Source of the DNA: Desulfobacterales bacterium | GTDB lineage: Bacteria > Desulfobacterota > Desulfobacteria > Desulfobacterales > JAABRJ01 | Assembly (NCBI GenBank): GCA_046481705.1 | Contig: JAWOJK010000038.1 | Span: forward strand, 15,353-79,352 | DNA length: 64,000 nt | Direction of reading: 5' to 3' | Shown here: positions 28,783 through 36,128 of the stretch, in pieces | Numbering within the stretch: position 1 is the first letter of the stretch | Layout: each line of letters begins with the position of its first letter | Translations under genes and position numbers: made by a program | The notes under the pieces: generated by a model | What the model saw: only the letters and a program-made list of their open reading frames with translations | What the model was told of the DNA's origin: nothing | Database searches by the model: none

Positions 28783-29598
28783 ATGGCAATCCCCGACAAG
28801 GTCGCCCTGGTGCTGGGCGGCATCAAGGGCATCGGCCGCGCCGTCGCGCTGGCCCTGGCCGAGGCCGGCGCCAGGGTCGTGACGACCTACTACGACTGGG
28901 AAGAGAGCCTGCCGGAGATGCAGGCGGCGTTCGCTCCATACGGCCAACGGCAGATGATCCGGCGCACCGACCTGCTGGATGCCGGCCAGATCGAGGGCCT
29001 GGTCGGCCAAACGGTCGAGCGTTTCGGCCGCCTGGACATTCTCGTCAACAATATCGAACGCGGTGGCTGGCCGGTGGTCCACGGCGCCTATGTCCCTGAG
29101 CAGTGGGACCTGGAAATGGCCACCACCCTGAGGGCCAAGTGGTGGGTTTTCAACGCCGCCCTGCCCCACCTGAAGGCCTCCGGCGACGGTGCGGTCATCA
29201 ATTTTTCCTCCATCGCCGGGGTGGTCGGGCGATCCGGGCCGGCCAGCCTGATTTTCAACGACGGCTATGCCGCCGCCAACCGCGGGGTTTCGCTTTTGAC
29301 CGAGACCTGGGCCCGTACGGCGGCGCCGGCGGTGCGGGTAAACGAGATCATGCTGGGCATCTTCGAAACCCGCCACGCCGAGCACACGCGGGGCTGGGGG
29401 TTGCTGACGGCCGAAGAACAGCAGGCCGTGCGGGACCACACCCTGCTCGGCCGGACCGGGACAATCAGCGATGTGGTCAAGGCGGTCCGGTTTCTGATCG
29501 AAGACGCCCCCTACATGACCGGAGCCGTCCTGCGGCTGGACGGCGGGTATGTGCTGGGCGGGGAAGCGGTGGCCCCGATGCCCACAGGCGTGCTGTGA
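28783..29598 (+). CDS. short-chain dehydrogenase/reductase family protein, atypical active site
   Basis: Rossmann motif LGGIKGIGRA, then NNIE, then SSIAG. The expected YxxxK position reads YAAAN. Confidence 0.75.
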   Translation: MAIPDKVALVLGGIKGIGRAVALALAEAGARVVTTYYDWEESLPEMQAAFAPYGQRQMIRRTDLLDAGQIEGLVGQTVERFGRLDILVNNIERGGWPVVHGAYVPEQWDLEMATTLRAKWWVFNAALPHLKASGDGAVINFSSIAGVVGRSGPASLIFNDGYAAANRGVSLLTETWARTAAPAVRVNEIMLGIFETRHAEHTRGWGLLTAEEQQAVRDHTLLGRTGTISDVVKAVRFLIEDAPYMTGAVLRLDGGYVLGGEAVAPMPTGVL

Positions 29599-29649
29599 CC
29601 ATCGCCCCCCGGCGGGCGCCGGCGCGCCGCCCGAGGGGCCGCGAGCCGG

Positions 29650-30432
29650 CTAGCGCGGGCGCAAGGAATCGCTCCTGATGCCCCAGACGAAAAACCCGAC
29701 CCACTCCAGGCTGAATTTCAGCAGGGCCGTGTCGTCCTTTCTGATTTTTTTCTGAATGACCGGTTTGACGGCATAGCGCATGAGAAAGCTGCTCTGAAAA
29801 ATAAACTCCCGGAAACGGTCCAGGTTATAGAGCGCCATGAAAGCCATTTTGGCGCGCGGCCCCGCGGGGCCCTCGGCCCCCCAGGGATCTTGCTGAAAAA
29901 GGCGCTTCAACTCGGCCCAGCGGGCGGTCATGCGATGATACACCGCCGCCTCCTGGTCCAGTTCCCAGGTTTTCGGCGTCCAGGTCTTTTCCTCATGCTG
30001 ACCCATGCAAAAATCCGGCGGCCGGAAAAAGGTCACCATCCGCGCTTCATTTTTGGCCGCGTCGAACAGCACCCCCTGCTCCAGGGGAAATGTCCGGCAG
30101 GCATCGGGTCGGTCCGGGTAGACCGAACAGCCTGGCGGGGTCAGAAAGGGGCAGGTTTTCTCGGCGTCAGCAGACATGTGCAGCAGAACTTCCGGGAAAA
30201 AACTGGCATCCCGCAGGACCACGTCCACATAGTGCTCCAGGAAGCGGTCGGAGGATACCCCCAGCCGTTTTTTGAGGCGCAGGACGTCGTAGGGGTAGAG
30301 GAAAAGGTTCAGGTTGCGGCAGCAGCGGTTGAAGCAGGCAACGGCGGGGTGGCAGCGGAAAGCGAAGGTGTCGTTTTCTTCCAGGCGGGTGCCGGGCAAC
30401 TGGTCGAGCGTTTGGGGGTCAACGTAGCGCAT
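29650..30432 (-). CDS. YkgJ/UPF0153-type Cys-cluster protein (paralog 2)
   Basis: Motifs FRCHPAVACFNRCCRNLN...YDVLRLK and CPFLTPPGCSVYPDRPDACRTFP. Start chosen at MRYVDPQ; it overlaps the upstream paralog by 14 nt. Confidence 0.7.
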   Translation of the reverse strand: MRYVDPQTLDQLPGTRLEENDTFAFRCHPAVACFNRCCRNLNLFLYPYDVLRLKKRLGVSSDRFLEHYVDVVLRDASFFPEVLLHMSADAEKTCPFLTPPGCSVYPDRPDACRTFPLEQGVLFDAAKNEARMVTFFRPPDFCMGQHEEKTWTPKTWELDQEAAVYHRMTARWAELKRLFQQDPWGAEGPAGPRAKMAFMALYNLDRFREFIFQSSFLMRYAVKPVIQKKIRKDDTALLKFSLEWVGFFVWGIRSDSLRPR

Positions 30433-31066
30433 CGCGGCAACTCTTCGGGGGATCGGCAGCGCCCGCGGTTTCATCGGCGAGCATCTCGGCAATGGTCATT
30501 TTAAGACGCGCCCCAAAACCCAGCGCCCGCCGGATCTCCTGCTCGAGGCGCGCCATACGGGCGTATAGCGGGCTGCGGTCAAAAGGCACATAGGCCTGCC
30601 GAGCGTGCCGCTCGGAAAAGAGATGGCATCCAGGCCCGTAAGACACCGGTCGTTCGAGGGGCCTGAGTTCATGCGGGATGCCGTGCAGCCGGCAGATCAT
30701 GGGCCGATAGGCGTATAGGCGGCAGCGGCCGTTCTGGTTCAGCGGACACATCACCCGCATCGGCAGGCCTTGGCGCTCCAGTGCCGCGGTTTCACACCAC
30801 ACGTCGACCGCCCGCTGGCGGACGGCTGCCTGGACCTCGGGCGCCAGGCGTGCCAGCCCCTCTCGAAGGTACAAATATTCCAGCAGGGTATGATGATCAA
30901 AACGGGTCCGGCAGCAACTCTCGTCGCAGCCCTGGCAGTCGAACCCGTAGCGCCGCGCGACGGCCTGGTAGGCCCGGTCCATGTGCGCATAGAGCGCCTG
31001 CAGGCGGTCGCGGAAAGGCGCCAGGGCCCCCTGCGGGAAGCGGTTGCGGTCATGCCAGGGAGCCAT
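30419..31066 (-). CDS. YkgJ/UPF0153-type Cys-cluster protein (paralog 3)
   Basis: Motifs CQGCDESCC and CPLNQNGRCRLYAYRPMICRLHG. Confidence 0.7.
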   Translation of the reverse strand: MAPWHDRNRFPQGALAPFRDRLQALYAHMDRAYQAVARRYGFDCQGCDESCCRTRFDHHTLLEYLYLREGLARLAPEVQAAVRQRAVDVWCETAALERQGLPMRVMCPLNQNGRCRLYAYRPMICRLHGIPHELRPLERPVSYGPGCHLFSERHARQAYVPFDRSPLYARMARLEQEIRRALGFGARLKMTIAEMLADETAGAADPPKSCRDALR

Positions 31067-31083
31067 CGCGGTCTCCAGCGCCG

Positions 31084-32157
31084 TCAGACCAGGCGCGACG
31101 GAAAAAAGATTCTTTCGTACAGCTCGAGGGCGTTGCGGTCGGTCATGGTGGCGATCAAATCGCAGACAATCCGCTCCCGGGACTGCTCCCGGTGGTTGCA
31201 GCCGAGCATCTCCATATCCGCCAATTGCTCTTGCAGCATGTCCGGGTGGTCCAAAAAATAGGTGAACAATTCCGTTAAAATTTTTTTGGCCTTCACAAAT
31301 TCGTTGTGGACCAATGGCGCACGGTAGACATTTTCAAACAAAAACTGGCGCAGGATCATCATCGCCTCGTGCACGGGGTCGCTCATGCGCAGGGCCCGAG
31401 GGTCGTCGCTGACGGTGCTGGCGAACACCAGGTCCCGGATCATGGTGGCGGCCCGCTGGCTGTGAGAGCTGCCCAGGGTCCGGGTGCAGACCGCCGGCAC
31501 CTGCTCTGCGGCAATCACCCCGCTGCGAATCGCGTCGTCTAAGTCGTGGTTGAGATAAGCGATGATATCGGCAATCCGCACGATACGCCCCTCGATGGTG
31601 GCGGCCAACTCGCTGGGGTCCTCGGGGATGACCCGCCCGTAACCCTTGGAGTGCTTGAGAATACCGTCGCGAACCTCGTAGGTCAGGTTCAGGCCCTGCC
31701 CGTTGTTTTCAAGGACGTCCACCACCCTCAGACTCTGTTCGTAGTGGAGGAAGCGGCCCTGGAAAATTTCGCGCAGGGCGGTTTCGCCGCTGTGCCCGAA
31801 AGGGGTGTGGCCGAGGTCGTGACCCAGGGCGATGGCCTCGGCCAGATCCTCGTTGAGAAACATAGCCCGCGCAATGGTCCTGGCAATCTGAGCCACTTCG
31901 AGGGTGTGGGTCAGACGGGTCCGATACTGGTCGCCCAGGGGCGCGAGAAACACCTGGGTTTTGTGCTTCAGGCGCCGGAATGAGTTGGAATACACGATCC
32001 GGTCCCGATCGACCTGAAACACCGTTCGGATCGGGCAGGGGGCCTCCGGCCGACGGCGCCCTTTGGACGCCGCGCTGAGGCACCCATAGGGCGACATAAA
32101 ATTCTTTTCGCGCTTTTCAAAATTTTCGCGTATGCTCGTCGCGCGTTCGCTCATCAC
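31084..32157 (-). CDS. dGTPase-like HD-domain triphosphohydrolase
   Basis: Motifs RTRLTHTLEVAQIAR and LGHDLGHTPFGHSGE. 357 aa. Confidence 0.85.
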   Translation of the reverse strand: MMSERATSIRENFEKREKNFMSPYGCLSAASKGRRRPEAPCPIRTVFQVDRDRIVYSNSFRRLKHKTQVFLAPLGDQYRTRLTHTLEVAQIARTIARAMFLNEDLAEAIALGHDLGHTPFGHSGETALREIFQGRFLHYEQSLRVVDVLENNGQGLNLTYEVRDGILKHSKGYGRVIPEDPSELAATIEGRIVRIADIIAYLNHDLDDAIRSGVIAAEQVPAVCTRTLGSSHSQRAATMIRDLVFASTVSDDPRALRMSDPVHEAMMILRQFLFENVYRAPLVHNEFVKAKKILTELFTYFLDHPDMLQEQLADMEMLGCNHREQSRERIVCDLIATMTDRNALELYERIFFPSRLV

Positions 32158-32304
32158 CCCGCACCCGACTGCCGCAGCGCCCGGTGCGGCAATTAAAAAG
32201 TGTTGTAAGACGGCAAAACAATATTATTTTTTCAAAGCGACCCCCAATTGTAAAGAGCTATTTTGCGGGCAGCGGCTCGCAGACCGCCGGAGACCATCAG
32301 CCCC

Positions 32305-32856
32305 ATGAGCGGCCACCACCTGATCCTTGGAGAATGCAGCGATTTTTTGACCGGGGAAAGCCTGCAGGATACCCTCGACGAACGCTACCGGCAGCAACTG
32401 GCGCGGCTGCTGGTGGAGGGCAAAGGGTTTACCAAAAGTGAAATCTCCCCCCGGGTCCCCCTGCGGGTAACGGCCGGCGAGAAGTGCGCCCAACTCCAAA
32501 TCGATTTGGCGGTGTCCCTTGAAAATGCGATCGGGATGATAATCAGATTCGGGCCCGGCTCCCTGACCACCCGGCACCGCCCGGCCCTGGCAATCTCCCG
32601 GCTGCTGAGCCCCCATCAGATTCCGGTGGTGGTTGTGACCAACGGACAGGACGCCGATATTCTCGACGGCTTTAGCGGCAAACGGATCGGCAGGGGTCTA
32701 TCGGAGATTCCGACCCGCATGCAACTGGCGGAGCGGGTGGCGGCCCTGAAAGCGGTGCCCGTTTCGCCGCAGCGTGCCGCCATCGAGTCCCGGGTGCTGT
32801 ATGCCTACGAGGTCGACGGCAGCTGCCCGTGCGACGAGAGCGTCTGCCGGCTGTAA
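32305..32856 (+). CDS. HsdR N-terminal-domain (PD-(D/E)xK-like) protein, stand-alone
   Basis: The pattern LTGE.L.DT.DERYRQ.LARLLVE.KG..K.EI...GPGSLTTRHRPAL is recalled for this small family. Start assumed at MSGHHLILGE. Confidence 0.5.
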   Translation: MSGHHLILGECSDFLTGESLQDTLDERYRQQLARLLVEGKGFTKSEISPRVPLRVTAGEKCAQLQIDLAVSLENAIGMIIRFGPGSLTTRHRPALAISRLLSPHQIPVVVVTNGQDADILDGFSGKRIGRGLSEIPTRMQLAERVAALKAVPVSPQRAAIESRVLYAYEVDGSCPCDESVCRL

Positions 32857-32960
32857 GCGCCCCGAAAAAGCGCCAGCGGCCGCTCGCGCGGGTCCGCGAT
32901 TCCTGGAGCCCCATTTTTTAACCCGGCAACGCTTGTTTTTCAGATAGGGACTGCAACACC

Positions 32961-33467
32961 GTGACAGACGACCGCTATTTCATGCAAAAAGCGCTCGAAG
33001 AGGCCCGGGCGGCCTTGGCGGCCGGCGAGTTTCCCGTAGGCTGCGTGCTGGTCGGCGGCAACACGATCCTGGCCAGCGGCCGCCGCCGGGGAACCGCCCA
33101 GGCGAGCCCCAATGAGATCGACCACGCCGAAATGGTGGCGCTTCATCGGCTGATCGCGCTCAAAACGGACCCCGGCCGGTCGAACCTGACCGCCTTCTGC
33201 ACCATGGAGCCGTGCCTGATGTGCTACGCCGCGCTGCTGTTAAACGGCGCACAGCGCATCGTGTACGCCTACGAAGATGCCATGGGGGGCGGCACCGGGT
33301 GCGACCTCGGGACGCTCCCGGCGCTCTATCGTCAAAACGCGGTGAAGGTGGTCCCGGGGGTTCTGCGCCAAGAGAGCCTTGAGCTGTTCAAGGCCTTTTT
33401 TGGGAAGCCCGCAAACCACTATTGGCGCAGCAGCCTGCTTGCCGAGTACACCCTCAGCCAGCCATAA
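32961..33467 (+). CDS. CMP/dCMP-type zinc deaminase (nucleoside/tRNA deaminase family)
   Basis: HAEMVAL and EPCLMC zinc-ligand motifs, with a GTG start. Confidence 0.75.
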   Translation: MTDDRYFMQKALEEARAALAAGEFPVGCVLVGGNTILASGRRRGTAQASPNEIDHAEMVALHRLIALKTDPGRSNLTAFCTMEPCLMCYAALLLNGAQRIVYAYEDAMGGGTGCDLGTLPALYRQNAVKVVPGVLRQESLELFKAFFGKPANHYWRSSLLAEYTLSQP

Positions 33468-33665
33468 GCTTCCTTCCAAGACGCAAAATGCGGGGTTTTT
33501 AATTTTTTTCTTGCATTTGTTGAGGTTGTTTTATATTTGACTCTTGACTTACTTTTGTTTAGTTTTTGATAACTGCCCATTATCTTTTGAATTTCCTTCG
33601 ATCTTGTAAAAAGGCGTCCAAAAGCCGGGCACTCTCGTCGACTTTCAAACTCAGGAGGTGGAAGC

Positions 33666-34202
33666 ATAGCTGTATCACGACAAACAAGCGGACCCAGTAA
33701 AGCCAAAACCAACATCAATCGGAACATCAGAGCCCGGGAGGTTCGCCTGATCGATCCCGACGGCAACCAGATCGGCGTCGTTCCGACTGCCAGAGCCCTT
33801 GAGACGGCTGTAAGCTTTGGTCTTGACCTGGTGGAAATTTCGCCCAATGCCATCCCGCCCGTCTGCAAAATTATGGATTACGGCCGGTATAAATACGAGC
33901 TGACCAAAAAACTGCAGGAGGCCAAAAAGAAACAGAGCACCTTCCAAGTCAAGGAAATCAAGGTGCGACCCAAGACCGGCGACCACGATTTGCAGGTCAA
34001 ACTGGGGCATATCCGAAAGTTTCTGGGCAAAAAGGACAAGGTCAAGGTGACGGTCATGTTTCGGGGACGCGAGATCACACTTTCACAGCGCGGCCGTGAG
34101 CTGCTGCAGCAGATCGCTGAAGAAACCAGTGAGATCGCCACCGTCGAGCAGCTTCCGAAGTTTGAAGGGCGCACCATGATCATGGTGTTGTCCCCCAAAT
34201 AA
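33666..34202 (+). CDS. infC: translation initiation factor IF-3, non-canonical ATA start
   Basis: [23 protein letters not shown]... (IF3 N-domain) lies upstream of the first canonical start at 33831. The frame is closed by TGA at 33588-33590. AGGAGG at 33653-33658 sits 7 nt before ATA. Confidence 0.8.
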   Translation: MAVSRQTSGPSKAKTNINRNIRAREVRLIDPDGNQIGVVPTARALETAVSFGLDLVEISPNAIPPVCKIMDYGRYKYELTKKLQEAKKKQSTFQVKEIKVRPKTGDHDLQVKLGHIRKFLGKKDKVKVTVMFRGREITLSQRGRELLQQIAEETSEIATVEQLPKFEGRTMIMVLSPK

Positions 34203-34232
34203 CCAGTAAAAAGTCGCAATTTTATTACAGCA

Positions 34233-34269
34233 GGTGGCGCGGGCTGGTGGTGTTTCTGCCCGCGCCACC
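34233..34269 (+). promoter_or_regulatory. 12-bp perfect stem-loop in the infC-rpmI spacer (candidate L20/L35 operon regulatory hairpin)
   Basis: GGTGGCGCGGGC-N13-GCCCGCGCCACC, 40 nt before the rpmI ATG. No T-run follows. Confidence 0.35.
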
Positions 34270-34309
34270 GATGTTTGAGACCGGGAACAAACCGCTAGGA
34301 GCCGATACC

Positions 34310-34507
34310 ATGCCAAAGATCAAGACAAATCGAGCCGCTGCCAAACGGTTCAAGAAAACCGGGACCGGAAAATTCACGTTTTCCAAGTCCCACGCCAATC
34401 ACATTCTGACCAAAAAAAGCCCCAAGCGCAAACGCAGCCTGCGCAGGGTTCAGATTGTGGACAAAACCAACCGCAAGGAGCTCCGGCTTCTGATGCCCAA
34501 CGGCTGA
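34310..34507 (+). CDS. rpmI: 50S ribosomal protein L35
   Basis: [21 protein letters not shown], with AGGAG upstream. Confidence 0.9.
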   Translation: MPKIKTNRAAAKRFKKTGTGKFTFSKSHANHILTKKSPKRKRSLRRVQIVDKTNRKELRLLMPNG

Positions 34508-34624
34508 TGCCGCACCCGGCAGCGTGACATCGCAGCACGGGCGCCGATTTACAGCAAACTCCCGGCCGGCAGGTGGACAAGCGTCCAGCGCCTGCGTTTT
34601 CCGGACGGGATTCAGGAGAGTGAC

Positions 34625-34975
34625 ATGCGAGTAAAAAGAGGATTCAAGGCAAACCGCCGCCGCAAAAAGGTCTTGAAGCTGGCCAAGGGGTTTCGTGGCG
34701 GCCACAGCAAATTGTTCCGTACAGCCGCCGATACGGTTGACCGGGCCCTGATGTACGCCTACCGGGACCGTCGGGTCCGCAAGCGCGAGTTCCGCCAGCT
34801 GTGGATCGCGCGCATCAACGCCGCGGCGCGCTTAAACGACCTGTCCTACAGCAAGTTCATGCATGGCCTGCAACTGGCCGCTATCGACCTTGACCGCAAG
34901 GTGCTGGCGGAGCTGGCGGTTTCAGACCCTGCCGGATTCGCCCGGCTTGCCCAGGTGGCCGCCCAAAAAATATGA
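34625..34975 (+). CDS. rplT: 50S ribosomal protein L20
   Basis: [25 protein letters not shown]. Confidence 0.9.
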   Translation: MRVKRGFKANRRRKKVLKLAKGFRGGHSKLFRTAADTVDRALMYAYRDRRVRKREFRQLWIARINAAARLNDLSYSKFMHGLQLAAIDLDRKVLAELAVSDPAGFARLAQVAAQKI

Positions 34976-35084
34976 TCGTTCGTGGATGTGGACGCTGCAC
35001 GAACCCCGAAGAGGCCGGCCGCGCTGCAGCAGCAAGGCCGGCGCCCTCCGACGACCGCCTGCAGCAAACATCAAGGCCGGAAGC

Positions 35085-36092
35085 GTGAACGCGACCATAG
35101 ATCAGATCAAGACCGCAGCCCTGCGGGAGCTGGCGTCGGCAACCGACCTCGATGCGGTTGGCGAAATTTCGGTGCGCTATCTCGGGCGCAAGGGCCGGGT
35201 CACCCAGTACCTGCGCCATATTTCGCAGCTGCCCCTTGAGGAACGCCCGCTTGCGGGCAAAAGCGCCAACGAGCTTAAAAATTTTCTGTCCGCCGAGATC
35301 GACGCCGCGACCCGCGGGCTTCAGGCCGAGGCCCTGAAGCGGGTCGCGGAAATCGATGTTTCGCTCCCTGGCCGAGCCTGCTTCAGCGGCGCGCTGCACC
35401 CGATCACCCAGGCGACCCGCGAAATCTGTGCGATTTTCAACCGCCTCGGCTTTGAAACCGTCGAAGGCCCGCAGGTCGAAACGGATTATTACAATTTCGA
35501 GGCCCTCAACATCCCCAAAAATCACCCCGCCCGGGAGATGCAGGACACGTTCTACGTTTCGGAAAATGTCGTTCTGCGCACCCACACCTCACCGATTCAG
35601 GTGCGGATCATGGCCCAGCAGCCGCCGCCGGTTCGCATCATCGCCCCGGGAAAAGTCTACCGCTGCGACTCCGACCTGACCCACACCCCGATGTTCCACC
35701 AGGTTGAAGGCCTGATGGTGGACCGCAAGGTTTCCTTTGGCGACCTCAAGGGGATTCTGACCACTTTTGTCCAGCAGATTTTCGACCCCGAGACCAGTGT
35801 CAGATTCCGGCCCAGCTTTTTCCCGTTCACCGAGCCCAGTGCCGAAGTCGATATCCGCTGCGTGATCTGCCGGGGCAACGGCTGTCGCGTCTGCTCCCAG
35901 ACGGGCTGGCTGGAGGTGCTGGGGTCCGGGATGGTGCACCCGGCGGTGTTTGAAAATGTGGGTTACGACACCAGCGCCTACACGGGGTTTGCCTTCGGCA
36001 TGGGGGTCGAGCGGATTGCGATGCTGAAGTATCAGATCGATGACATTCGCCGTTTCTTTGAAAACGATTCGCGGTTTCTGCGGCAGTTCTAA
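35085..36092 (+). CDS. pheS: phenylalanine--tRNA ligase alpha subunit
   Basis: Class II motifs ([36 protein letters not shown]). GTG start chosen, giving 335 aa. Confidence 0.85.
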   Translation: MNATIDQIKTAALRELASATDLDAVGEISVRYLGRKGRVTQYLRHISQLPLEERPLAGKSANELKNFLSAEIDAATRGLQAEALKRVAEIDVSLPGRACFSGALHPITQATREICAIFNRLGFETVEGPQVETDYYNFEALNIPKNHPAREMQDTFYVSENVVLRTHTSPIQVRIMAQQPPPVRIIAPGKVYRCDSDLTHTPMFHQVEGLMVDRKVSFGDLKGILTTFVQQIFDPETSVRFRPSFFPFTEPSAEVDIRCVICRGNGCRVCSQTGWLEVLGSGMVHPAVFENVGYDTSAYTGFAFGMGVERIAMLKYQIDDIRRFFENDSRFLRQF

Positions 36093-36128
36093 TCGCCCCT
36101 GCGCCAAGATTCCAACTGGATTGATGCA

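Noticed and set aside
27775-29439. 554-aa ORF on the minus strand spanning the YkgJ paralog 1 and SDR genes
   Set aside because: It is Arg/Gly/Pro/Ala-rich with no recognisable motifs, and it lies antisense to two ORFs that have clear family signatures. This is a typical shadow ORF of high-GC DNA.
31084-33467. Possible anti-phage nucleotide-depletion island (dGTPase-like HD protein, HsdR_N-domain protein, deaminase, nearby IS remnant)
   Set aside because: All three look like the widespread housekeeping versions in size and motifs. There is no methylase or specificity subunit, no nuclease or ATPase effector, and no sensor. Adjacent infC-rpmI-rplT is core. Only the YkgJ linkage is kept as a finding.
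27000-33700. The switch from mostly minus-strand genes (1-27 kb) to mostly plus-strand genes (33-52 kb), taken as a hint of a replication origin
   Set aside because: I noticed no dnaA, dnaN or gyrB, no DnaA-box clusters (TTATCCACA) and no AT-rich unwinding region. Orientation switches of this size are common. GC skew cannot be computed reliably by eye.
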